NCBI GenBank assembly: GCA_937981455.1
Contig: CALJNV010000124.1
Span: 1-42,785 of the forward strand
Reading direction: 5' to 3'
Source: an uncultured Bacteroidales bacterium
GTDB taxonomy: Bacteria > Bacteroidota > Bacteroidia > Bacteroidales > TTA-H9
Length of the DNA: 42,785 bases
Part shown: positions 34,912 through 42,785 of the stretch, in pieces
Layout of the letters: every line of letters begins with the position of its first letter
Position numbering within the stretch: position 1 is the stretch's first letter
Position numbers and translations under genes: made by a program
The notes under the pieces: generated by a model
What the model saw: the letters and a program-made list of their open reading frames with translations, nothing else
Databases searched by the model: none
What the model was told of the DNA's origin: nothing

Positions 34912-36120
34912 ATGAAAAAGACCAAACGCTTTCTCAATCATATTTCTGCCTTTTGGTACGACGAGCTCCGAATTATTTTCCACGACTGGGGCGCCATATT
35001 GGTATTTTTTGTTGCCATACTGGCTTATACTGTCATCTATTCATTAGCCTACCAAAACGAGGTGTTGCGTGAAATACCTGTTGCCCTGGTCGATCTCGAT
35101 CATTCGGCTTCCAGCCGCAGATGGGCCCGAATGATTGACGCTTCGGAACAAATTCACATCACTATAAAACCTACCAGCCTGCAAGAAGCACGCGACTTAT
35201 TTTACCAAGACAAGGTCAAAGGCATAGTGCTTATTCCATCAGAATTTGAAAAACAATTACTTGCAGGCCGTCAAGCCATGATACCAGTTTATTGCGATGC
35301 CAGCTATTTTCTTTACTATAAACAGGTTTACACTGGAGTTATTTCTACTCTTACACATTTTAATGGAACGATTAAAGTGCAAAAGACTATGATGGGAGGC
35401 AATGGGTATCAACAAGCAATAGCTGCATCCGAACCCATAAGTTTCCATTACCACTATCTTTTTAACCCTTCCGGCGGTTATGGTAGCTTTGTCATGCCCG
35501 GCATCATTCTCATCATCCTACAACAAACATTGCTCATTGGGATAGGATTGTTAGGTGGAACAACACGTGAACGCAACTATTTCAACCACAACCTGGGTGA
35601 TAAAGTTATCCCGGGTGGGGCAACATCGGCTGTATTGGGCAAAGCACTGGCCTACATTACCGTCTATATTTTTACATCAATCTACGCGCTGGTATGGGTT
35701 TACCACTGGTTTGGATATCCTGATAAAGGGGAAGGCATAACTATCATACTGCTCATGTTACCTTACTTACTTTCAGTGGCTATGATGGGCCTGGCCATCA
35801 GTGTACTTTTTAAAGAAAGGGTAGATGCCTTGATGTTTATGGTATTTTTATCGCCTGTAGTCCTTTTTCTGAGCGGTTTGTCGTGGCCAGCTACCTCAAT
35901 TCCTCCGGCATTATACCAATTAGGTAAAGTATTTCCCAGCACGCATGCAGTGCCAGCATTTATTAGAGTGAGAAGCATGGGGGCAAGTAAGGTTGACATT
36001 GGATATGAATTATCTATACTCTGGCTTCAGGTTTTTGTTTATTTTGTTTTAGCCGTAATTTCCTTTTCATTGGCCCGCCGTCGCTTCTTCAACATTCTGT
36101 TGAGCCGTAGACCCCTCTGA
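34912..36120 (+). CDS. ABC-2 type transporter permease (YbhR/YhhJ-like)
   Basis: 402 aa with the same topology as the preceding gene (VALVDLDHSASSRRW... loop, C-terminal TM bundle). Confidence 0.82.
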   Translation: MKKTKRFLNHISAFWYDELRIIFHDWGAILVFFVAILAYTVIYSLAYQNEVLREIPVALVDLDHSASSRRWARMIDASEQIHITIKPTSLQEARDLFYQDKVKGIVLIPSEFEKQLLAGRQAMIPVYCDASYFLYYKQVYTGVISTLTHFNGTIKVQKTMMGGNGYQQAIAASEPISFHYHYLFNPSGGYGSFVMPGIILIILQQTLLIGIGLLGGTTRERNYFNHNLGDKVIPGGATSAVLGKALAYITVYIFTSIYALVWVYHWFGYPDKGEGITIILLMLPYLLSVAMMGLAISVLFKERVDALMFMVFLSPVVLFLSGLSWPATSIPPALYQLGKVFPSTHAVPAFIRVRSMGASKVDIGYELSILWLQVFVYFVLAVISFSLARRRFFNILLSRRPL

Positions 36121-36145
36121 GTCTATCCATTCCCATATAAACCCT

Positions 36146-36153
36146 TACTTTTG
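36146..36153 (+). promoter_or_regulatory. Bacteroidota-type -7 promoter box (TACTTTTG) upstream of cysS
   Basis: Perfect TAnnTTTG, 22 nt upstream of the ATG at 36175. It overlaps the TTG (36151) that begins the longest ORF. Confidence 0.45.
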
Positions 36154-36174
36154 CAAGTCGCAAGCCCACACGTC

Positions 36175-37653
36175 ATGAATAGCATCCAACAAAAAATATT
36201 TCTTTACAATACACTTACCCGCAAGAAAGAAGAGTTTGCTCCTAACCATCCACCTTATGTGGGCATGTATGTATGCGGCCCCACAGTTTACGGCGATGCA
36301 CATTTAGGACACGCCCGGCCGGCTGTGACCTTTGATGTAATCTATCGTTACTTAAAATTTTGCGGATATAAGGTACGTTATGTGCGAAACATTACCGATG
36401 TGGGCCACCTTGAAAACGACGCTGATGAAGGCGAAGATAAAATTCAGCGCAAAGCCCGGCTTGAGCAACTCGAACCGATGGAAATAGTGCAACGCTACAC
36501 CAACAGCTACCATCGGAACATGGACCAACTGAATGTGCTCCGACCCGATATTGAGCCTCGTGCGACAGGTCATATCATAGAGCAACAGGCGCTGGTAAAA
36601 AAAATTCTGGAGAATGGATTTGCTTACGAAAGTGACGGTTCTGTATATTTTGACGTAGAAAAGTACAATCGCAAATATCCTTATGGTATTCTGTCAGGCC
36701 GCCGGCTCGAAGAGTTGCAAGCTTTTACGCGTGAGCTTGAAGGCAGCAGCGAAAAACGCAGTCCTTACGATTTTGCCTTATGGAAAAAAGCACAACCCAC
36801 GCATATCATGCGCTGGCCCTCACCCTGGAGCGACGGTTTCCCGGGCTGGCACTTAGAATGTAGCGCAATGGGGGCTCGTTATTTGGGAGAAACTTTCGAT
36901 ATCCACGGGGGGGGTATGGATCTGATTTTCCCTCACCATGAAGCCGAAATCGCTCAAAGTATGGCTGCTACAGGTAAACAACCTGTTCGCTACTGGATTC
37001 ACAATAATATGGTGACCATTAACGGTCAAAAAATGGGAAAATCACTCGGTAATTTCATCACACTCGACGAAATCTTTCGTGGGAAGCATCCGCAACTACA
37101 GCGGGCATATAGCCCCATGAACATACGGTTTTTTATCCTTCAAGCCCATTATAGATCTACTCTTGATTTTTCTAATGAAGCCCTTCAAGCTTCTGAGAAG
37201 GGGTATAAAAGGCTCCTGGAAGCCTATCGCACACTTCATACCCTATCGCCTGCACAAGAATCTACTTTCGACGTATCGAAATTACGACATAATTGCTTTG
37301 ATGCCATGAATGACGACTTCAATACCCCAGTCGTCATTGCCCATTTATTCGAGGGGGTAAAAGCAATCAATAGCACAAAAGCGGGAACAGAACAATTGAC
37401 TTCAGAGGATATTGAATCACTCAAAGACACTTTCCGAACATTTATCTTCGATATCCTTGGACTTCTCGACGAAAGCACTCTGGAAAATACACATCTGATC
37501 GAGGAACTCGTCGGCCTTTTGATTGAAATCCGATGGGAAGCCAGAGCACGTAAAGATTGGGCTACCAGCGATCGCATCCGCGATAGACTTAAAGATATCG
37601 GCATTCAACTCAAAGACAGCAAAGAAGGGACAGAATGGAGCTACATCACCTAG
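36175..37653 (+). CDS. cysS: Cysteine--tRNA ligase
   Basis: Class I synthetase motifs are present: HIGH-type ([16 protein letters not shown]) and KMSKS-type (KMGKSLGN). The zinc/cysteine-site context is WHLECSAM. I use the ATG at 36175 ([14 protein letters not shown]). Confidence 0.95.
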   Translation: MNSIQQKIFLYNTLTRKKEEFAPNHPPYVGMYVCGPTVYGDAHLGHARPAVTFDVIYRYLKFCGYKVRYVRNITDVGHLENDADEGEDKIQRKARLEQLEPMEIVQRYTNSYHRNMDQLNVLRPDIEPRATGHIIEQQALVKKILENGFAYESDGSVYFDVEKYNRKYPYGILSGRRLEELQAFTRELEGSSEKRSPYDFALWKKAQPTHIMRWPSPWSDGFPGWHLECSAMGARYLGETFDIHGGGMDLIFPHHEAEIAQSMAATGKQPVRYWIHNNMVTINGQKMGKSLGNFITLDEIFRGKHPQLQRAYSPMNIRFFILQAHYRSTLDFSNEALQASEKGYKRLLEAYRTLHTLSPAQESTFDVSKLRHNCFDAMNDDFNTPVVIAHLFEGVKAINSTKAGTEQLTSEDIESLKDTFRTFIFDILGLLDESTLENTHLIEELVGLLIEIRWEARARKDWATSDRIRDRLKDIGIQLKDSKEGTEWSYIT

Positions 37654-37769
37654 GTATTCAAAACTTTTCTACTAAAAATACACATAGCTAATTTTATAAC
37701 AGCCGGTTACATGCTTGACCCTACGAACAAAAAAGACACATCGGAGGGCTTTTGCATGACAGTTATATT

Positions 37770-40700
37770 TTAAAAACCTGGATTTGCTTCTTTAACGTGA
37801 ATCTGGATTACCGCTTGGCGTTTTTTGCCGTCCATTTTCACCCAAAGAGGATGATCAAACCTAATGTGTTTAAAAAATTTTGTCCGGTTAATGAGCGGCT
37901 GATTGTTTAATAATTCATAATTAATAAAATTTTCTTTGTTAAAGTGCTGAATGGAGAAATAACCCACATTCATACTTGTAACATTGTGGAAAAAATGTGA
38001 ACCTGAAGAAGCATCCAGAGGAAAATCATCAAGGGCTGTTTCTACGATTACCTTGGCCTGGGAAATCATAGGCCAGGCCACGGGAATACCTATCCAGCGG
38101 TCGCGTGTACCCCAACGGCCGGGGCCTATTAAAATGTATTTTTTCTCAGCCTTAATCATTTCTTGATTTAAAGCATCAATTTCGCGGGCCATTTCTTCAG
38201 TCATGCTTTTGTCGAAATCGGAAGGGTCTACAAAAATCACATCCTGAATATTGTCGATCAATCCATTACCCATAGTTCGAGTAGACGAAAGCACGAGAGA
38301 GGCCGGGTCAATACGTTCGAAGTCAATTTCGTAGTCCTGGGCTGAACCCAACAACGGTTTGATTTGCAATAAGTAAAAAGTGCCTCGTCCCTGCGCATCG
38401 CGAGTTAGGTCTACGGCAAATTCGATCTCTACAGGTGCACCCATGGCCTCCCTCACTACATCGAGAGAAATTTCTAGGGTTCGCGACAGGGGGATATAAT
38501 TGTATTTCAATATATCGGCAAAATTGAGAACCCTTGGGCCGGGCTTGGAAGTACCAGGACTCAAAACGTGCGTATCGGGATTATATACTGAAGCTAAATG
38601 CTTCAGATTTCCATGTCGTTCGGCGTCGTCAAGTTCAAGCTTGATCAAGCCCGCCTCTTCTCCCCGATTTAATAAATCTATCTCAATGTTTTTTAAATTG
38701 ACAGCGTAGAAATAGACCTGTGAACCTTTGTACAAGTCGCGAGGGGTTAAAATTTCAAGATTGGGGTAAGCGGGCGAGAATCGGTAAGCCTTTTCTCCCT
38801 CCACTACATACCTGCCTAAGCCCAACGCCAATACAGCAAAACCTTCCTCTGGTTTCATATGGGCAAAAGGGTAATAGTTGTACGACTGAGCCACCCCGCT
38901 GATATGGGGGTAAAAATACGATTCAAATTTTTGCCCTACAACCTCTTGAATTACCACAGCCATACGCTCTTCTTCTATCTTGTAATGAACCGCTTGTATG
39001 TACGCTTTGGCGGTTTTTGAGAAAACACTTGCATAAACCAGTTTTACGGCATCCGCACATTGCCGAGCTCTGTTTACAGGGTCGGGATGGTTATTAGGAA
39101 TAAGAAAAGTTTCGAAAATACCTGCAAAGGGTTGCATCATGCTATCCTCAAATAACCCTGAAGATCTTACCGCCAGGGGCTTGTTGATTGCCATAACCAC
39201 CTTTCGAATACGGCCCATCAGCAATTCGCTCAACTTAGCTTCAAGAAAAGCTTTTCTAATCTGTGCTTCATCCTCACTATGCAATGCAATATCCCATAGC
39301 TTGTTGCGCTCCATGAATCCCTCAAACTCATCGGTACCAATAATAAATGTTTTGGGTGCTCGGATGTTGATGTTTGGGATAATTTGATGAAAATCAAAAT
39401 TATAAATAAGAGTATTGATAAAGGCTACTCCTCGTCCTTTACCGCCCAGGGCACCCGAGGCCATCGAAAGTATAGTAGATTCATCGATCAGGTAGGCTTC
39501 ATCCCAGGGAATAACTTTACCACGATTTTGCTCGTTTCGATGCTGTACGATAGCTTCCAAAAGAAATTTGCGAACATCTTCAGGTTTCTCAAAATGTTCG
39601 AGCCGGAAGGGATAAATGGTTTTTGCGATCTGTACCTCACCCCGCGCCATAAACCATAAAGAAAAATGATTGCGTCGGGCATGATAAATCAACGAATCGT
39701 CGGGGATGGTGCGAAGCAACTTCTCAAATTCGCGCAGGGTGCGAGCCGTTGCAATAGGACGTCCATTGGCATCCTTATAAACAAAACTACCGAATCCTAA
39801 ATAAGTGCCTATAAAATATTTGATATCCTGAACCAAGGTATCCGATTCTTTATTAATGAAACTTGCTTTCAACAGAAAAGCCCGGTGCGAATTTTCAGGA
39901 TCTGATGACTGAATGATAACAGGAAGATCCTTATGATTTTGTCTTATTTCTTCGGTCAACTTAAAGCCTGCTTCTTCATCCCATACATTGTTGCGCTTAA
40001 ACTTTACATCAGTAATTACGCAGAGCATGAAATCACGATACTTATGATATATAGCAATAGCTTCTTCATAATCGGAAGCAAGCAAAATTTTAGGTCTGGC
40101 TCGTAGTTTCAGCACCTTGTATAGCTCGTCGGCGTTTACGTCTTCAATAAGTTGCCGGGTTTGGTCGAGTACGATAGAATACAAGAGCTGTAAATACCGA
40201 GAATAGTATTTCACACTGTCTTCAACCAAAAGAATAACGCGAACAAGACCCACCCGAGTATCGTTTTCAACATTGACCCTGTCTTCCAAATGTTTCACCA
40301 TAGCAAAAAATATCTTGCTATCGCCGTTCCACACAAATAGTTTATCAATGTTGTGGGTTAGTGATGGATTGCGCTCAAAATAAGCAAGCTCAGCATTGTT
40401 GTTGAGTAAAAGATAAACGGGTATATAGGGAAATTTTTCTCGAATAGTTCTGGAAAAATTCACAGGCATTTGTTTATCAGCCCCTACCATCATAATTACC
40501 ATGTCGTAATGGCGTTCCTGGAGGTTTGCCAAAGCCTCTTCTGCTGAAGAAACTCCAGTAATCCGGGGCACAGAAGTAAGGTTAAGGTGATAATATTCTC
40601 CCAAAATATGCTCTGAGAATTGGCCTTCACGTTCGATACTATAAGCATCATAGAGCGTAGCAACCAGCAAAATTTCCCTTACTTTAAAAGGCATAAGGTC

Positions 40701-41975
40701 ATGAAAAATATCACGGGTATAGTTGCTCCGGTTGAGAAAACGCTGAAGAAGCATTTTAGAATTGAGCAGCGACGGGGGTTTACCTTCCTGGGGCTCTTCT
40801 TTTTTATGCCCTACGAGCTCTCGTCCCCTCAGGGCATTTAAATAACCTGCCACCAATGAAGCGATGTTAATGAGCAATTGTCGCTCTTCCTTAAGAAAAG
40901 GGCCCTCGTCGAGTTCGGGAAAGCGCCGGGAATAAAAAACTTCAAGTGTTCCTTTCTTGTGGTCAATGGTTTCAAACTCTTGCTGCTGAACCCAACGGCT
41001 TTCAGAAAAATTTGTAGAAGTAAATTGTTTACCCTCATAAGTAATCCGTGCACAGGCATAATCGGGGTATTGCCAGGCCTGGGGCAAAATATTCACCAAT
41101 TTCTCAAAAGTCTCTTCAATGGATTTGGCTTCCCTTAGCAAGGCTGTTGTTTGGTTTATTGCAGAAAGCTCTTTTAATCGCTCGCGGGTCACCTGCTTAT
41201 CTTCTCTACCCTTCACACTGTTGAGGTATCCAGCTATAATGCCAGCAATGTTGTCAATCAGGTTGCGTTCTTCTTTTAGAAAGGGCCCTTCGTCGAATGC
41301 TGGAAAATCCTGTAAATAAAATACTTCCACAGCCCCAGTCTTTCCGTCAATGGTTTCGAAGTGGGCGGTCATCTTCCATTGCGAGGTAATAAAATTAGGA
41401 CTGGTGAAAACGGCTGTGTCATAAATGATTCGGGCCGTGGTATAATCGGGATATTGCCAAGCTAAAGGTAGCAAAGCAGCTATCTCGCGTAAAGTGTCGG
41501 GCACCGAACGTCCTTGCTTGATAAGCAGCGTTGTTTTATTGATAGCTTCCAATTCTTTCAGACGTTCGCGAGTAAACATCTGACTCTGTCGCCCTATGAT
41601 ACGATTGACGAATCCTTCCATGAGTCGTGCAATCTGATCAAGTGTGGCCTGATCATCCTCATGAAAACGCTTTTCGTCCTCAGGTGAATAAACGATTTGG
41701 AGTAAACCTTTTTTCCCATCAAAAGTTTCGAAGCGCGACTCAATGCTGTTGTTTGTGGCCCTGAACCTTTCAGTGCATGAAAGCAAGTTGTCGTATATCA
41801 CCCTTACTCCACACCCCTCTCTGTTGCAAAAAGCATCAGCTAGCGTTTGACATATTTCATCCATCACTGGCTTAATCTCCATTATCTCGGTTCGGGTTAC
41901 CTCCTCGATACGTCTCAAGAGGTTTAGATGATTCCGATTGTTAATCTCTTCAGATTTATTATCCTTTTCTTGCAT
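37770..41975 (-). CDS. Large multi-domain signalling protein: three tandem sensor-like modules, a pseudo-receiver, a receiver, a PEP/pyruvate-binding (PPDK_N-type ATP-grasp) domain and a conserved C-terminal domain
   Basis: 1401-aa ORF with an ATG start. The ATP-grasp signatures are GGKGRGVAFIN, PLAVRSSGLFEDSMMQPFAGIFETFL, MAVVIQEVVG, SGVAQSYN and GLGRYVVEGE. The second receiver has ILLVEDS, CVITDVKF, PVIIQSS and a later FINKES. The first receiver-like region (REILLVAT...DMVIMMVG) lacks the acceptor Asp. I see no GGxTSHAAI-type phosphohistidine motif. Confidence 0.85.
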   Translation of the reverse strand: MQEKDNKSEEINNRNHLNLLRRIEEVTRTEIMEIKPVMDEICQTLADAFCNREGCGVRVIYDNLLSCTERFRATNNSIESRFETFDGKKGLLQIVYSPEDEKRFHEDDQATLDQIARLMEGFVNRIIGRQSQMFTRERLKELEAINKTTLLIKQGRSVPDTLREIAALLPLAWQYPDYTTARIIYDTAVFTSPNFITSQWKMTAHFETIDGKTGAVEVFYLQDFPAFDEGPFLKEERNLIDNIAGIIAGYLNSVKGREDKQVTRERLKELSAINQTTALLREAKSIEETFEKLVNILPQAWQYPDYACARITYEGKQFTSTNFSESRWVQQQEFETIDHKKGTLEVFYSRRFPELDEGPFLKEERQLLINIASLVAGYLNALRGRELVGHKKEEPQEGKPPSLLNSKMLLQRFLNRSNYTRDIFHDLMPFKVREILLVATLYDAYSIEREGQFSEHILGEYYHLNLTSVPRITGVSSAEEALANLQERHYDMVIMMVGADKQMPVNFSRTIREKFPYIPVYLLLNNNAELAYFERNPSLTHNIDKLFVWNGDSKIFFAMVKHLEDRVNVENDTRVGLVRVILLVEDSVKYYSRYLQLLYSIVLDQTRQLIEDVNADELYKVLKLRARPKILLASDYEEAIAIYHKYRDFMLCVITDVKFKRNNVWDEEAGFKLTEEIRQNHKDLPVIIQSSDPENSHRAFLLKASFINKESDTLVQDIKYFIGTYLGFGSFVYKDANGRPIATARTLREFEKLLRTIPDDSLIYHARRNHFSLWFMARGEVQIAKTIYPFRLEHFEKPEDVRKFLLEAIVQHRNEQNRGKVIPWDEAYLIDESTILSMASGALGGKGRGVAFINTLIYNFDFHQIIPNINIRAPKTFIIGTDEFEGFMERNKLWDIALHSEDEAQIRKAFLEAKLSELLMGRIRKVVMAINKPLAVRSSGLFEDSMMQPFAGIFETFLIPNNHPDPVNRARQCADAVKLVYASVFSKTAKAYIQAVHYKIEEERMAVVIQEVVGQKFESYFYPHISGVAQSYNYYPFAHMKPEEGFAVLALGLGRYVVEGEKAYRFSPAYPNLEILTPRDLYKGSQVYFYAVNLKNIEIDLLNRGEEAGLIKLELDDAERHGNLKHLASVYNPDTHVLSPGTSKPGPRVLNFADILKYNYIPLSRTLEISLDVVREAMGAPVEIEFAVDLTRDAQGRGTFYLLQIKPLLGSAQDYEIDFERIDPASLVLSSTRTMGNGLIDNIQDVIFVDPSDFDKSMTEEMAREIDALNQEMIKAEKKYILIGPGRWGTRDRWIGIPVAWPMISQAKVIVETALDDFPLDASSGSHFFHNVTSMNVGYFSIQHFNKENFINYELLNNQPLINRTKFFKHIRFDHPLWVKMDGKKRQAVIQIHVKEANPGF
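40821..41924 (-). repeat. Intragenic triplication of a ~125-aa sensor-like module (copy 1 degenerate, copies 2 and 3 well conserved)
   Basis: Copy 2 (~41190-41573) and copy 3 (~40821-41189) share TRERLKEL.AIN.TT.L, LP.AWQYPDY..ARI.Y, F.S.NF..S.W, FETID.K.G..EVFY and DEGPFLKEER.L..NIA...AGYLN. Copy 1 (~41574-41924) keeps only the FETFDGKKGLLQIVY core. Confidence 0.8.
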
Positions 41976-42015
41976 ACCGATTAAAGATTTTTCATTTGCC
42001 GATAGCGGGTGCTCT

Positions 42016-42023
42016 CAAAATTA
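42016..42023 (-). promoter_or_regulatory. Candidate -7 promoter box (TAATTTTG) upstream of the 1401-aa gene
   Basis: Perfect TAnnTTTG on the minus strand, 41 nt upstream of the ATG at 41975. Confidence 0.4.
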
Positions 42024-42180
42024 ACGCAATTAGTCAACAATCCGGCAGATAAATCATGAATCCGAATATCGCGGCAAAGCCATTAAGGGAAACACGGATA
42101 AAACATCCGTAGGGGTTTGAATTTAAAGCCTATCATAACAAAATGCCATATAAATCCGGTAAAATTGTTCAACGTATTAA

Positions 42181-42785
<605 letters not shown>

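Noticed and set aside
37654-37769. Bidirectional terminator between the convergent cysS and 1401-aa genes
   Set aside because: Only short AT-rich stems are present (e.g. GTATT/AATAC, AAAAG/CTTTT), with long loops. There is no convincing GC-rich hairpin followed by a T-run on either strand.
37770-38200. Whether the C-terminal ILIGPGRWGTRDRWIGIPVAWP...GSHFFHN segment of the 1401-aa protein is a degenerate PEP-utilizer swivel domain
   Set aside because: There is a superficial resemblance to G-G-x-T-S-H...G-I-P, but the spacing differs and no His sits in the expected context. I do not call it a phosphohistidine domain. A profile or structure search is needed.

Overview
This window looks like a core chromosomal segment of a Bacteroidota genome. 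I call about 26 protein-coding genes. I saw no rRNA or tRNA genes, CRISPR arrays, transposases or integrases. The phylum call rests on five things: a fused LpxC/FabZ gene in an lpxD-lpxC/fabZ-lpxA cluster, a long-tailed ribosomal protein S16, a T9SS-type sorting-domain-like segment with a FISUMP domain, a DUF5686/CarboxypepD_reg protein, and TAnnTTTG -7 promoter boxes upstream of most transcription units, with no obvious Shine-Dalgarno sequences.

Gene content, left to right:
- Minus-strand operon: outer-membrane barrel, two YeeE/YedE half-proteins, a tandem USP protein and a DUF169 protein.
- DUF5686 protein and FISUMP protein.
- rpsP.
- lpxA, lpxC/fabZ and lpxD.
- pbpC and an alpha-2-macroglobulin lipoprotein.
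- trkA and trkH.
- uvrC and thiL.
- A ThrC-family PLP enzyme (possible cysteate synthase).
- A PiT phosphate transporter with a fused PhoU-like tail.
- TetR-TolC-HlyD-ABC2-ABC2 efflux operon with no ATPase gene.
- cysS.
- A 1401-aa multi-domain signalling protein.
- The 5' part of gdhA.

The most unusual object is the 1401-aa protein (37770-41975, minus strand). It has three tandem copies of a sensor-like module, a pseudo-receiver, a canonical-looking receiver, and a PEP/pyruvate-binding (PPDK_N-type ATP-grasp) domain, with no recognisable phosphohistidine swivel motif. Secondary leads are the sulfur-transport-like operon at the left edge, the ATPase-less ABC-2 efflux operon, and the internal T9SS-tail-like domain in the FISUMP protein. 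Several longest-ORF starts in the supplied track use TTG codons that overlap promoter boxes. I moved those to downstream ATG codons.
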